A stretch of DNA of 64,000 nt from Marsupella aquatica (Eukaryota; Plantae; Marchantiophyta). The position numbers were made by a program, and so were the translations under genes. Below, piece after piece: positions 23,109 to 36,917 of this stretch (position 1 is the stretch's first letter; the number at the start of each line of letters is the position of its first letter). The stretch spans positions 7,371,808 through 7,435,807 of the forward strand of contig OZ316891.1 in NCBI GenBank assembly GCA_973895155.1. The letters are read 5' to 3'. Under the pieces are notes generated by a model. It searched no databases. It worked only from the letters and a program-made list of their open reading frames with translations, and was not told the origin of the DNA.

Positions 23109-23555
23109 TGTCGAAACCATGAGTCGTCCAGTCGAGGCCCCGCTTTTTTCCTCTATCTTCTGTAGGATTTTCGCTGGATATTGAATGTGTCAGTATGTCG
23201 GCATGTCGCGTGAAGTGAGCAGTGAATTTGCTCATCATTTCAAGAAGGATCCATTCCTTCTCCTGTCGAAACCGTGGGGCGTCCAGTCCACGCCCAGCTG
23301 TTTTCCTCCATGTTCTGTAGGCCTGGATTTTTTAATGTGGCATTTCGCGTGAAGTGAGCAGTGAATTTGTTCATCACTTCAAGAAGGTTCCATTCCTTCT
23401 CCTGTCGAACCATGAGGCGTCCAGACCAGGCCCCGCTTTATTCCTCTATGTTCTGTAGGACTGCCCTGGACTTCATATGTCGGTATTTCGCGTGGAGTGA
23501 GCAGTGATTTTGTTGTTCATCACTTCAAGAAGGATCCATTCCTTCTCCTGTCGAA
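23109..23555 (+). repeat. Three tandem 140-155-bp units just downstream of the LAZ1-like stop codon
   Basis: Units start TGTCGAA(A)CC at about 23109, 23264, 23403 and end CGCGTG[A/G]AGTGAGCAGTGA..TTCAAGAAGG[A/T]TCCATTCCTTCTCC. Confidence 0.85.
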
Positions 23556-24135
23556 GGCATTGATCTGAAGGACGGGTTCATTTTTCCTCATGTCGTCATA
23601 GCGCAGGGCAGTGACATTGTTTCGAACTGGTTGTGATCAGGGGTCTTATAAACATCACACTTATTTTCTGTTGAGTTTTTCTCAGAGTTTGTGAATCAGG
23701 GGTACTTACATAGAAAGTAAGTACTATGCTACTCGATTTCACGTCTTTGGCATGTTTCTAAGTATGCACAAAAACAAAAGTGGGTCTCCTGGTAACACTG
23801 GCGTCCATCAGAGCCTACTTCAAAAAGATTTTGATATTTGAAGGAAGGACCATTCAAGTACATCGCCATGTACAAGAGACTTATGAGGAGTTGATTGCTG
23901 ACCTCTGATTGGAGATGCCTGCAGGCATGTTGCTCTCGTCTATATTTTAACTTTTCTCTACAGAAGTCCAACTGCCCTGGTGGAGCCCAACCTGATATTG
24001 CATAAGAGATGGGTTTTTTTGCCCAACATCGTAGAATGGTGCCTGTGAAACCTACCTTTCGCGCTCATACATGTCTGGGATTAACTACCAACCACTGTTT
24101 AAGTGTTCGCGTGAATTGAAAGAGGTCGTCTATGT

Positions 24136-24407
24136 AATGTTATCCGGTTGAATGAGCAGGTTTCCAAAACGTGAGGTGTTGGACGTGAACGTGAATGTCG
24201 GTTTATGTAGTTTATGCCAGAGGATATAATGGGTGACCTCAGATCATAAAAGTAAATCTTTTCTCGCAGGCAGGAAGTGGTGGGTGCAGCTGCTTGGATA
24301 AGGAAATGTTATCCAGTTGAACGAGCACGTTTCCAAAACGTGAGGTGTTGGAGGTGAATATGAATGTCAGCTCATACAGTTTATGCCAGAGGATATGGTG
24401 GGTGACC
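24136..24407 (+). repeat. ~100-bp direct duplication
   Basis: AATGTTATCC..TTTCCAAAACGTGAGGTGTTGGA..GTTTATGCCAGAGGATAT..GGGTGACC at 24136-24238 and 24305-24407. Confidence 0.8.
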
Positions 24408-26339
24408 ACCATGCTGACCATCTGTCTTTGTGTACATAGGTAATCATTCTTGGTGGGGGAACATCGACGTGTTTTCTTAATCTGCATGAAAGTAAAGGTT
24501 TCACAAGACGAAAAATCTGAAAATAGGTCTCCCAACAGGGATTCTATTCTATTCTGGCCACCAAATGAGATCAAAACTTTTGGGATCTTCTATCTCCCCA
24601 TAATTATGATACTGGGAGCGCATGTCAAATCCTCTCTCATTGAGCAACAAGGTTAGCGTGAGAACCGTGTCATACTCCCTTGTAAACTACCCGGAAATTG
24701 TCCTAGAACAATTTGTGCATATGTCAAAGTGCTCACTTTCTATGAGCCACTAATAAGGTTAGCGGGAGTGCTACTGAAGAACTGGTGATACCCCCAATAA
24801 TTGAATGAGGCGGGAAATATTTGTATGTGTCTTCAACTGGAAGACCAGAATGGAAAATGATGCTTGGATGGACCACTCCTGCAAAGCTTGCAACCCAGAT
24901 AAACCAGGTCACGTTTGACTCCAAAAATGTGGATTTTGTACAAGGGAAAGGTAGAAAAAGAGTTGTCGTGGTTGGTCCATGTTACACTGGTCCATCCTGG
25001 CAAACCAATAAATGGTTACGTTCATCAGGGCTTCAGTTTCCCAAAATAAAAAAAGGGCCAAGGAAGACATCCAGGTCCATAGGAGGAAGCTTAGCTCAAC
25101 AATGCACCCAATGTGAGGAATAAGTTACTCAACTCAACAGTGAACCCAATGTGAGTAAGAAGTTAGACAACTCAAACCTTACAACTGTGAGTTATTCATG
25201 TCATTACAAAAATCATTTTGATCATTTTGTTTTCTGGTGAATGTAGAATAGATTAGTGCAAATCTCTACATCGGTTTGGTGTCTCTTTTGTAACCCTCAA
25301 TCAATGATGTTCACTTAAAATATTGGAGATACAATCATAATGACATTAAAGATACATAGATTTAATGCAAAATGGATGAGATATTGGTACTCAATATCTC
25401 AAACATGTCAACATGATATATATTTATATACACTAACAGTTTGGATGTCAAATGGAGATGCAAACCACTTTTTTGATGGCATAAGATGAAATAGTGGTCT
25501 GTTCAACATTTGAGAGATTTGGAAACAAGTGGGAGTATATTTGTGGACAACAAGAAGTAAGGGAAGAATTGAGTTCTTGTACAACCATTATATTATGCAC
25601 ATGGGATCATCTTCTTGTAAAAATACACCGCGAAGATAAATTCTTTTCCAAAATGCATTTAGTAATGTCTACAAATTAAACAATGCAAGTGGATTTCAAG
25701 AAATTTCTTGATCATTTGTATCCCTGGTTGAGACAATATTAGTCTTTCATCATGCCTTCCAGTAGGTTCCCTTTCAGTAGGTTCCCTTTCATCATGCCTT
25801 CCAGTAGGTTCCCTTCCAGTAGGTTCCCACTTACAAGAACCAAGAGCTTTGATATCACTTGTAAGAAACTGGACAGATCAGACTAGGCAGCACATAAGCA
25901 AAACATGAGAGTGCACTCAATCTCACAAGAAACCATAGGTACCATGAATTTTGGGGGGTTTACTTTCACAAAAATGGGACATCAAGTGCGACAAAGGATA
26001 GGGTCGTTTTATTGGTTCGAAGGGAAAACTTAAGAATTTCCTCAGAATAACAATAAGGTCTTTTAAATACAATTTTGAGACTTATAAGAACATTAGGGTA
26101 TTTCAATTAAAATTTTGGAATATTCTTATAGGGATTCAAAAAAAATCTTAGATTTTAGGGGGTCTGAGGCCTACAAAAGTTGCAAGTGATGACGAGTCTC
26201 CATATAGTGAGACCCCCAAGACCATGAATGTTGTAAAATTGTCTTGCAACTACACTCAGGCCAAGGAAGCTAAAGCATGTGTGAATAGGCTAGTGCCCCC
26301 CAAAAATGATCTTAGGGTGTATCTAAGACACACAAAATA

Positions 26340-29300
26340 ATGTAAATAAGTAGATTGGTTGCATGAATTTTTGTTGTTTTGTTCCCCCGTTTGTTCCTTT
26401 ACAACTTGCCCAAACGGCCCTTCTATTACTTATAAATGAGGTTGGCCAGGAGAATATTTGTGTCCCATTTTGGAGCCAACCAGGAGAAGAGCGACCTTCG
26501 CCATTGGATGCGGAGCCATTACAAGCCCCGACCACGGGGGGATCCCTGAAATTGGGGGGGCACCTTGGGAGTGAGACGAGGCAATGGAGGGGGCGCCATT
26601 ACTGGTCCCCGACCACAGGAGGATCCCCAAAGTTGGGGGGACCTTGGGAGTGGGCGAAGCAAGGGAGAAGGGAGGGGAAGGGCCATTAAAGGCCCCGGCC
26701 AGGAGGATCCCCAAACTTGGGTGAGGAAGTCGAGAGGAGGAGTGAGACACTTGGAAGGGCTCGGCCACAGGAGAATTTGTGTTCACGAGGGGTGGCCGGA
26801 CCCCAAATTGGGAAGTGGCAGCCTACTTAAGCCACCTGCTTCCTTTCTTTCTTTCTGTAAATATTTTTTGCTCCTTGCTTATTGTTGAAAGCCTCTTCCC
26901 AACCTTCAGACACCATAGTTTTCTCCTTCGCGCTGAAGCTCTTCCCCTATTTTCTTTTTGGTGATCTTGAGAGTGGTCGGTGACTGAGCTAGAGTGTGAA
27001 TTGACAAAGGCAGCCCAGAGTGGGAACCTGATCCGGGCCCAGACTGATTGTAGCTCCGGGGTATGGTGGCTGCTCAAGGCCAAGAGACAGGAATTTGGTC
27101 ACTATGTGTACTCTTGAGCGGGAGAGGAGTGGATGAGACCAAAGGACATACCTGAGTTCACTGTCATCCACATTAGAGGGTACAGGGCAGCCTACCAGGA
27201 GTAGATTACATCACAGTAGCTAGCAATGGAAGAAGAGGAGAGATTGGCAACCATGGCCACAATTTTGGGAACCAGTGAAGCACCCATATCAAGGAGGACC
27301 CAACCAAGACATTGGCCAAGCTTCTGGATGATAGTTATGAATTGTTTGAATCCACCGGGATTACTGATTTGATGAGAATTGACATGCGTGCTCTAGTGGA
27401 GAGGAGCTGGAAAATCAAGGATGGATTGGAATTACGAGATGTGTTGTAGCTTGCATGCATTGGTCGTACCCTCCGTCATTACTAATTGACCCGGTTACTG
27501 ATGTTGCGCAACCAAGACCTGACATTCTATCCCATGGAGCCACATGGGATACTCACATTAGACAAGCTAGCCATGTATCTGAAGGAGGCCACCTCCATGA
27601 TGCACATTTCCCTCCATCCTTCAAGGACCTAGCGCTCAAAGGGTTTGTCAGGAAAGCTCATCAGCGGATACTCAATTGTGTGCAATTAGGGATAATTATA
27701 GGGGCCGGAGCACTTGGCCATTGCATTAGAAATCAAGGAGCATCCTGAGCCCACACATATGGATGGTGGGTGTTCAGCTTAAAAAAAACATTGATAATGG
27801 ATCTCAAAAGCCTCAAGCTAGGGGGGCTCATGCATTTTCTTGAATAGTCTCTCTTGAACAACCTGGCAGAGGGACTCATCCTTATTCCCCAACCGGAGGA
27901 GGGAGTATTGCCCTCCTTCCCTACCAAGTTAAGGATTGCAACCACCGTCATGAAGGACTTGACCAAGGATCTACCATAGAGCTAGTTACCTCTCAGTCTG
28001 CAACGAAGGAGGATCCAGATGAGGAAGAAGATATGGAAGAAGAGTAATTATACCATGGAATGGTTGGAGGCCTTGGTTGGGAATCCGGAGGAGGCCATTG
28101 AATATGACATTCCGGAGGTCCGTACACTTGGCAGAATTACAAGAGTTTAATTTGTGATGTATTTTGTCGTGCGCATAAACATCGCTACACAACATGCATC
28201 GCTTGTCACACATATCTAAGCATAGTCACAATCAACATCACAAACATAAGAGAATCGAGTACAAGTGGAACTCCTATCCACACATGTCCAAAACCCACAA
28301 TTGATGATAGGAGTTCTACTCTGGATCAAAGCCCTCTCCATGTCATACACGATAAGATTACATATCACCCAACGAGCGACTAACTCTTCCATCCACAGCC
28401 CATGGCTTGTGGCCTCTTCATCTCCAAAGGAAGACGTCACAGTTTTGATGGAGAGTCACAGCCCATGGCTTGTGGCCTCTTCAACTCCAAAGGAAGATGT
28501 CACAGCTTTGATGGAGAGTTGGGAACCACAGATTGGTCCTAGTAAGTTGACTAGGAGGGAGAGACGTTGCATGCATCAATCTTCGAGAGCAATCGAACAA
28601 CGATTGATGCCAATCAAATGTTGTATCCTGTCCGATGCGATCACACACTTATGTCAAGCCAAAGGCACCTTGCGCCTCAAGGAATCCACGTTACGTACAC
28701 ACAACCTAGACAGCCACACAATAGCCGCTAGAGTTTGTGCTCAAAAGGCTCAACATCAAAAGATGAGACCTTTGAGCCAACACAAAGAGATATATAACTT
28801 TCCCTCACAAACATACACTAACCCTAAAACACTTAGATAACACACATATAAAAGCCTCAAACCTACATAGTCCAATATCCTATACTACCACTCATAATGG
28901 TGTGACAATTCACAAAGGCTTGGAATTGTGCCAAACCATGAAAGGGGCTCTAAGTCGGGCCAATGCTAAGGTGGCAACTTTGCAAGTGGGGCATAGGGCG
29001 TTGAAAGATGTTATACTGGCCAAAGAGGAGACCATTCAAGAGAGGAGTAGATTATTGAAGAAGGCTTATGACCAGGTTGGCCACTTGCAAGGAGCCCTGT
29101 CCACCAGGGTCAAGGAAGCAGAGGAGGTAGTCGTCTTGAGGGAGGAGCTGGTAACAATGAAGCAGGTCTTGAGGGGAGTTGACAACCTCATGAAGGAAAT
29201 TTTGGAGTTGCAAGGTCAGGTGAGCGCTTATGAGACAAGGGCCAAGAGGGTTGACGTCTTGAGCCTTGGGATGAGAAAGAAACTCTGTCAGCCAAGTATC

Positions 29301-30769
29301 CCCCCTCATTATTTCTCCAAATACGTTGGCCAATGCCATTGACGCAGTGATCATAGAATTGACCAAGACATACAAGGGAATGTTAGAAGCAGCCAAGAAG
29401 GACAAGGATGAGTGCAAGAGCCTTGACAAAGAATTAGTTGAGGGTAACCCGTAAAGCACTACTAACAGAAGGCAACGTCTGGCCATGGACCCATTGGGAT
29501 GCCAGCGAAGATGCCAACAAAGTCAGTAACCCCCAAATTACTTTTGCCACCGGCCCGAGTTTTCCAGTGGAATTACGTTCTGGTGATGAGACCACCTTGT
29601 GGGGTGACACCATTGGCCCCGCCATTGGCCAAGGATACATCCAGGCATTGAAGGCCTTGACCACTTTACGGAAGCAAGGAGGATCGGGCCAAAAGTCTGG
29701 GAAGACTACTCTGGTTAAGAAGAGGGGGGTGTGTCCACATCCATACAGGAGGCAGTAAGGGTACCGGCTAGATGATGATCTTATTACAAGTGAGTAGTCT
29801 GATGAGGGTTAGTGCGTGGGCCGTACGGATGTTGGTCGTACAAACATTGAATTTTGAACTATCTTAAAAGCAAGAGTTTATAGACTTGTTAATAATAGCT
29901 TGCCAAGATGAATCCAACTAGGTAAAGTATGCCCCAAACAAAGTTGAGCTGAAAGTGATATGAAAATTTGAGTTTTGGCAACGTCCGTACAACGTCCAGG
30001 TGAGTGACCACCGCCCAAACCCGGCATGAGGCCATGACCAGTGGCCTCCCCTATAATTACTTGGGGGCAGCCGTGGCCGCACGGACAAAATACGGGTGAC
30101 GGTGGCCAAGGAAATTTTGAAACTCGGTAAGCCATATCTCGGTCATTTGAAGTCCATTTTGGGAGCATTTTGGGGGTTGCGATGAGGACGGCAGTGGCCA
30201 TCCAGAAAATTTCTTAGGACTAGATTGTGAGGAACTTCTGCTTTCAACAATTCCTGTGGCCATGGTAGTGACAGACGGAGGTGGCCACATAGTCGGAAGC
30301 CAGACCATGGAGTATATAGGACTAGTCCAAGTTTCCCTTAGTTGTAGTGGTGGCCAAGAAATTAATGCATTGCTGGCCGCCTATAGACAGCAATAGGGTT
30401 AGCAATGCATGTGTGCCGCATATGTTAGGATTTTTTTAGGTTAGCAGCACCGCTAGAGGATGACAGCCAGCCAGGGCAGTGGGCTGCCAGACCTTGGAAT
30501 GCTTGTGTGCTCATGTGTTGACTTTTGGCTATTTAAATGGCAGCCTCTGGTAGGAGAAGGGGGGAACTTAGTTGAGTATTTGGTTTGAGATTAGCATTGA
30601 GCAAGAATAGAGAATAAATTTGGAGCAGTGAGGTGGAGTGGTGCTCATTGTCCTGTGAGGCTGGAGTTGGGTAGACGACAGGAGGCCGGGTTGCCCATGC
30701 AATGTGTTACATTGGCCACCAAAATATAAGGACTTGGTTGATTCTCACTATTGTTTGGGTGGTGTTACA
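26340..30769 (+). mobile_element. Decayed LTR-retrotransposon debris with accessory coiled-coil ORF remnants
   Basis: ~70-bp tandem units at 26525-26720; broken ORF 27226-29760 including coiled-coil piece 28902-29342; probable nested solo LTR ~28153-28907; LTR-like end GGTGTTACA at 30769. Boundaries approximate. Confidence 0.45.
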
Positions 30770-31203
30770 AGTCTCTCTTTTTCCACGATTGTGTTCTTCC
30801 CCTAGAATGAATGTTTAGAGAAACCTGCACGGTTTGGTGAGCCTTGTGAGTGGGAGTGATGACAATACTCTGCCAAAGGCCAGTAGCTAGGCGCATAAAC
30901 ATGACAGTCCATGAGACTTTATCAAAAGCCCAGAACATGTGTATTGTTGGTAGACTTGATCAAAACATATATTTTGGGGAGCAAAAATAAGTCTGATCAT
31001 CCTTACTAGTAGGAAATTAATCCAGATAGCGTCCCTCCATATCAACATATGATACAGATGATTATTAGTAGAAGAAAAGCGATATTTATGTGTTAATCAT
31101 TTGATAAGTAGGTGAATACATGGAAGTTACCATCTTGAGAAGTTGGTCATAAGTCAAACCCCATAACCTAGAGATGAGCACCAAAGCACCAAATAGGCCC
31201 AAT

Positions 31204-31780
31204 TGTAACGCCCTAAGACACATTTGCAACAAATGTTGAGATTTCATGTTATTGTTGGGGTTATTGCTTGTTGAGGTTAAGAGTAACTTAGGCACCGTGC
31301 CTGGACCAGGGCCTTGTGTCTGGACTTGAGAGCCACGCCTGAGTAACGGTCATAAGGCATGCTTGGACTACTAGACCCACAATTAGAATGGGCATAATGT
31401 TTGGTTGTTTGAGGATTGTGAGAACTTGTTGCGATCAACATTCAAGTGCCTATGACTGTGCACAAAAGAAGGCAGGTCAAATGGACCTTGTTAAGCCCTC
31501 AGGTTGGGGGCCAAGGACAAAGGACCTAAGTTGGCCCTGTAGTGATAGGTCTCTAGAAGCATATATGAGGGATACACTCTCACCTGGTCATCAAAGAGCT
31601 TGTGATCAAGTTAATAATCTCTTTCAAGTTTCTACCCAGGCTAGTGAGCCGGTTACTTGTGGGGAAAGTTTAAGTTGACAATCTACCTGGAAGCCTAGGG
31701 AGGTTGCTTGGCTTCCAAAGCTCAAGTCACCTGGCCCTAAGGGCCGTGACCTTGAGTTCTACTAAATGTCCAGGACCCAT
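31204..31780 (+). mobile_element. LTR remnant related to the LTR-like sequence at 50.5-51.6 kb
   Basis: Starts TGTAACGCCC; shares GGTCTC[T/C]AGAAGCATATATGAGGG (~31548 and ~51193) and flanking similarity. Confidence 0.5.
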
Positions 31781-34700
31781 AGTTAGTAGCTAAGTAAGCC
31801 TTCAGATCCATAAGCATGAGGTCCATGGGAGATCCTCTTCTTGTTATTAGATCCATTGCAAAGCTTGAGACCTAGGATATAAGGCAAAGTACTTCCTGGC
31901 TTGGGAAAAGGATGATGCGCAACACTGATGGAGAAACTCTTAAAAGATCCATAGCACGAGATAGTGTTGGGGACACAGGACATATAAAGAATGAGGAAGG
32001 GAACGCCCTTAATTACTCCAACCTAAACCCCTCCAAGGGGACTAAAGCCCTTGCTACAGCCCTTACTCCATTGTATACCCCTCCAAGGGGACTAAAATGT
32101 GTGGGCCAAAGTGAACCTTATCTCTAACTAATCAAGGCTAGCCAACTAACCCTAGTAAGGCCAAACTAATTACAACCAACATCACAAAAGTGAGTTGTAT
32201 ATTCATTTGATATCTAGGTTGTTAGTGTATAGAAATATATGTATATCAAATTCACAAGCATTTTAGATATTGACCTCCATTTTGCATTAGATGTATATAT
32301 CTTTAATGTCAATGTGATTGCATATCCAACACTTTAGGTGAACATAATTGATCAGGGTGTCATAAAACAACAACAAACATCTGTAAAAATTTGGACTTAT
32401 CTATTCTACACTAAACAAACATCCAAATGACCAAAAAATATTTTTGTGAGGTAGAATTAGAGTCAGTTCACATTACACTCATAGAAAAGTACACTTGTAT
32501 CACAAGGTGAAAAATGACTCAGAGACTTATAATGGGGTTTTACCAATTCCACGTGGATGAAAATACAAAGAAAAGACTGTCAAAGGACAATTCAAAAATT
32601 CAAAATAACAAAGGAGAATCGGAAGTTTGAAGACATGGTTTGACCTTCAATATCTCAGTTTATATCTAGTGGAATTGGCTCTTCTTGGGCTTGTTAGAAG
32701 CAACTTGGGAAGATCATTTCATGCCAACCACTCGTACACCACTAATTTTCATGTAGAGTTGAGAGATTTGTGAATTTTAAAGATCACTCGGTCATTCATT
32801 GTCCATACATTATGCTTTGAAAAGGTTTGTAGCAGCTAACTTTGACATTGAGTAACTCCCTCAATGCTAAATTAATGGAATCTTATTTCCTTGCATTAGC
32901 TAGAAACTGCTCGGAAGATTATTCAAATGAGCCTATTAGGATCAAATTTCATTGAAAATTGAGAGGCATACAAGTTTCAAAGAATAACGTCCCATTTTTT
33001 GCCACGATTCACTCATCTGTGTAATTTGTATTCTACGACTAGAAAGAGGGTTTCACATCCAGGTTGCAAAAATATAATCTATTCTATCCATTGCAGGTCA
33101 GATGCTTCTATGTATATAAGGGGACTTTAAAGAAACTAGTTGTAGTATAGCATGCTCATGTACGAACCTCTCTCCACTCCTCCCAGTCGACTGAATCAAT
33201 AAACACCAGTGAGGTACTACTGTACAAATCATAGTTTTTTTATGTACACAGTTACACAGCAGGACAATTAAAAAATGGAACTCAACTACTCAAGCAAAAC
33301 TCTGGTACAATTATTGTTTGGGTTTGGTACGTGAACAATGGTGTTCAATGAACAAACAACCAGGACAGTAGTACACTTCTCGATCTACTTGCATAATTAA
33401 ATTCACAGCAGAGTTGCTGGGCTCGGCTAGCTAGCTTGGCTGAGCTGGCACTGGGTGATCACATGAGTGGGAAAATATTTTTGTACTATAATATGCAATC
33501 CGAAGTCTATTGTTCAATGAAATATTTTGTAGAGTGCGGCCATAGGCTAGAATTTATCTAGTAGGATACAGTTTTGATATTTCTACTATGCTTCTAACTA
33601 GCCGTGGGCATAAGGAGTCTGGGGACATGGAACCCTCTCTGTGCATACGTGCACGCATTTTAGCTAGTGAATTTAGACATATTCAAAGACTATCGTCGAG
33701 TAACTCTTTGAATGTTTGATTTATTAAGCAAAATCAAGGCCAAAGAAAGGGCAGGTAGGTATTATGTTTTGATGAGTAACTTCTGGCCAAATAAGTGCCA
33801 AGAAGTTGATGCTCAGATGTACCACAAAATTTTACCACCAGATCCCAATGGAGCAAACACTTCTTGATACCCATATAATGAGCTTGTATACAAAGAACTA
33901 CTTGAGAAAAAAGTAAACACTTCAGAGTAATCCATCCAGGTCTATGGTCTGTCAGAGTATATTGCCAAAGTGGTGGTGCATCAGAGCTTTCAATTCATAA
34001 TACCAATGTAGGAGAGTCCATTTTATTGTAAAAATTTGCCAAATTCTGACCTTGTGTTTCTTGGTGCTACTTCAACAAAATAACAACTTAGCCGGTCACC
34101 AAAATCCAACTTGAACCCCACCCTCAATTGCCAATATTCTTGAGAGACAAGTAAACAGGGTCAACCCTGCCACCCTCCTCATAGGATATTCATTCCAAAG
34201 AGACTCGCCACCGCTATAGTTCCCAGTTTCCAACTATCCACCCTGGTCTGCAGTTAGGAGTACGTATAGTGTTGAAGATTTTTATATTCTTCCTCCCCCC
34301 CTCCTTCCTCCTGGCTTGCTCACCAAACTGGGACCGTGGCTTGGGGAGACAATCATCTCTTTCCGGAGTGATAGTTTCACGAGGTTGCCAGCCGTCCTGA
34401 GGAGATGCAATGGGCTGTCACCACAATGGCTACATGCCCAAATACTTTGAAAAGCACTGGAGGGTGCGCTAAAGAACAGTCACACATTGCGGAAGGAGCT
34501 GCCTTGATCATCCACTTAATAGGCTGGCAAAACTGGAATATGGAGAGAACTCCAGCATTTGATATAATTTGCAGCCTTGATTTGTGTGCAGGTGGCAGTT
34601 CAGCTCAATGCCAAATATTGTTCATCTTTATCCAAGGACAAATTAAGGCACATGAATTAATCACTTATTTCAAAGAAACCCAAACAATCTATCTTCTAAT

Positions 34701-35829
34701 CTTTCTTTCTGGTAGTCATAAGATGGAGCAGCTTTCTACTAACCTATACCCCAAACTACCCATTATTAGTGACATGCCCCCAAACAAATTAATTATCAAC
34801 ATGCCCCCCATTTTGTATTTGGGTCAGTAGTAACTTGTATATGGTTTCTGTTGCAGCCCATGTGGCAAGATGCTACTGGCTAGCCTTAACCCACGGTAAC
34901 CGACCTTCCCCTTCCCCTTCCCCTTCCCCGTTGTGTTTTCCTGAGTAAAAATGAGTACCAATTTAAGTGTTAGGTTTTTGTGAGAGGAGTGTGAAGCAAA
35001 AATGACATATTTGTACCCATCTCAAACCAGCAACTCTGCCATGCACAGGGAGAGGGAATGGAAGTGGGTTAAAACTAGACAAAAGTGGCCCAGAGAGGCA
35101 TGGCTGTGTGGTAACTCACTTGAGTTGAGACTCATGGGTTTTGAGTTCAAATGCTCAGGCTGACTATTCTCCTTATGTGAGGTTTCATAGATTTCCCCTT
35201 AATTAATCCGTGGACCCCATGTTCATCCAAGGAATGTGCGTGTGATGAGTGAAATCAATTTTTAGCAAGGTGGTAACCAATGGTTTTGAGTCTCCCGATG
35301 GTATTGGTGTGTGCTCGTACAAAACAAACGCTCAAAGATAGAGGAGATTTATCAAACGGAAGGTTGCATGTGGAGGAATTAAGTTTTTTGATGGTTTTTG
35401 CTTACACATTGGAAAAATTGTTATTCTACCATTCTTGATTGATCATTTGTGAGTTACATACATTGAGCATTACCACCACAAGACAGACTGGAGGACAACA
35501 CTCAGCTGTTGGCGAAAAAGCGCTTGTCAATTTGGTGGGAAGAACACACAAAACGAACGAGCCATCACTTCACACAAAGGATTTGTAGTTTTTTTATTTA
35601 AGAAAGCTTTGGTGTGAGGGGGAGACCAACAATTGTTTCTTTGACATATATAGAGGTTGAATTTGGCGTCAACCTATGTTCAGAGTGAGCTTCAGTTGAA
35701 GACTAGAGGGATGCAAACAATTCGAGCCGGGAAGCAAGCATTGTGGACAAGCGATGATGACGTAATCAAAGAAATCAATTTGCAACGGCTAAGTTTGTGA
35801 CGGTGACGAGATTGTGATATGTCTTAATC

Positions 35830-36340
35830 GAGAAAGGATTTCCAATGAGCCTCAGATTGACAGATTTTGTCAAGTTCCAAATGAGTTTTTGAATTCCTTT
35901 GCCTTTCCAATGAGTGTGAGTATAAGAAACTTTGATCATGAGTTCATGAATTCTTTTAGCTTTCCAACATTGAGTACGACATTGATAAATTTCATGTCAG
36001 ATTTTGTCACGGTACTAAAGAGATCATGAGGTTTTCAATCTCTTTAGCTTTCTAATGTGTGACATTGAGATTATTTGTCAAGAATTAGAGGGATCATGAA
36101 TATCTGAATTTCTCTAGCTTTCCAATGAACCTAGCTAACATTGATGCTTTTTGTCAAGTACTAAGGAGATGATGGGTTTTTAATTTTAGCTTTCCAATGA
36201 GTGTGACATTGAGAGATTTTATCAAGACACTACTAACAAGGTCATGAGTTTCTAAATGGTTATCTTGAGTTTTCCAATGAATCAAACATTGATAGATTTT
36301 ATCAAGTACTAAGGAGATTGATTATTTAGTTTTACAATGT
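35830..36340 (+). repeat. Degenerate 60-90-bp tandem array, about 7 units, inside the long-TIR element
   Basis: Recurrent TTAGCTTTCCAATGA..CATTGA[T/G]AGATTTT[G/A]TCAAG..ACTAAGGAGAT..TCATGAGTT. Confidence 0.7.
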
Positions 36341-36477
36341 GAAGCCAAAGTGGTTTTAACTATGTGGTTAGTGTGAAACAATCAATTGGTTTTTTCAAAC
36401 TTGCAAACAATTAAAAAATACAAGCATTTTGATATAAAACACTGATATCATTGACAAACATCAGAATGGTAACTTTA

Positions 36478-36730
36478 TTTACAGACCTCCATGAGAGGTC
36501 TCTTGTAAATTCTCTTCCACGAGGTTACGCCACATCACCACAACCAGCCACAAACAGGAATAATCATACTTTTAATACTAACAAACGTGCACATTCCTGT
36601 TTCTGGCAAAAGCAACATAACTTTTGGGGCGCCATGTTGTGAATATTAAACGTAAAAAAACCAAAATACAAAAGAAGAGATGTCATTTAGTAAAAGAATT
36701 TACAAGAGACCTCTCATGGGGGTCCGTAAA
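36478..36730. mobile_element. 253-bp MITE with ~35-bp TIRs flanked by TA
   Basis: TTTACAGACCTCCATGAGAGGTCTCTTGTAAATTC vs GAATTTACAAGAGACCTCTCATGGGGGTCCGTAAA; TA at 36476-36477 and 36731-36732. Confidence 0.8.
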
Positions 36731-36917
36731 TATGTATAAAAAGAAAAATAAATTACTAGACAAGTGACTTGTCACATGATAAAGTGAATCCATATACAAA
36801 TTGATATTGACCTGAGTACAAAATGGGGGGAAGAATTGATAATTAATTTTGTTTCAAGTGCACATTAATAATATTGGGTAATTTGGGGGACAAATTAGTG
36901 AACAGCAATAGGGCTTA

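Larger units (their letters stand above)
25200..32450. mobile_element. Region bounded by ~280-bp diverged inverted repeats (old long-TIR DNA transposon, or two inverted copies of one repeat)
   Basis: 25200-25480 is the reverse complement of 32180-32450, e.g. TGACATTAAAGATA..TAATGCAAAATGGA..TATACACTAACA vs TGTTAGTGTATA..TCCATTTTGCATTA..TATCTTTAATGTCA. Confidence 0.5.
34731..36906. mobile_element. Non-autonomous long-TIR (Mutator-like) element, same TIR family as the MITE at 15.8-16.3 kb
   Basis: 34731-34890 (CCCCAAACTACCCATTATT..AATTAATTATCAA..CCCCCATTTTGTATTTGGGTCA) is inverted at 36765-36906. No TSD recognised. Confidence 0.65.

Noticed and set aside
23185-23245. Minus-strand ATGATGA..CTGA (C/D snoRNA-like) and CGAAAC (hammerhead-like) motifs in the triplicated repeat
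   Set aside because: Box spacing is short, the D box is missing in the other copies, and there is no CTGANGA hammerhead core.
33600-34830. Possible LINE or gene remnant including ORF 34405-34830
   Set aside because: No diagnostic motif recovered in any frame by eye.
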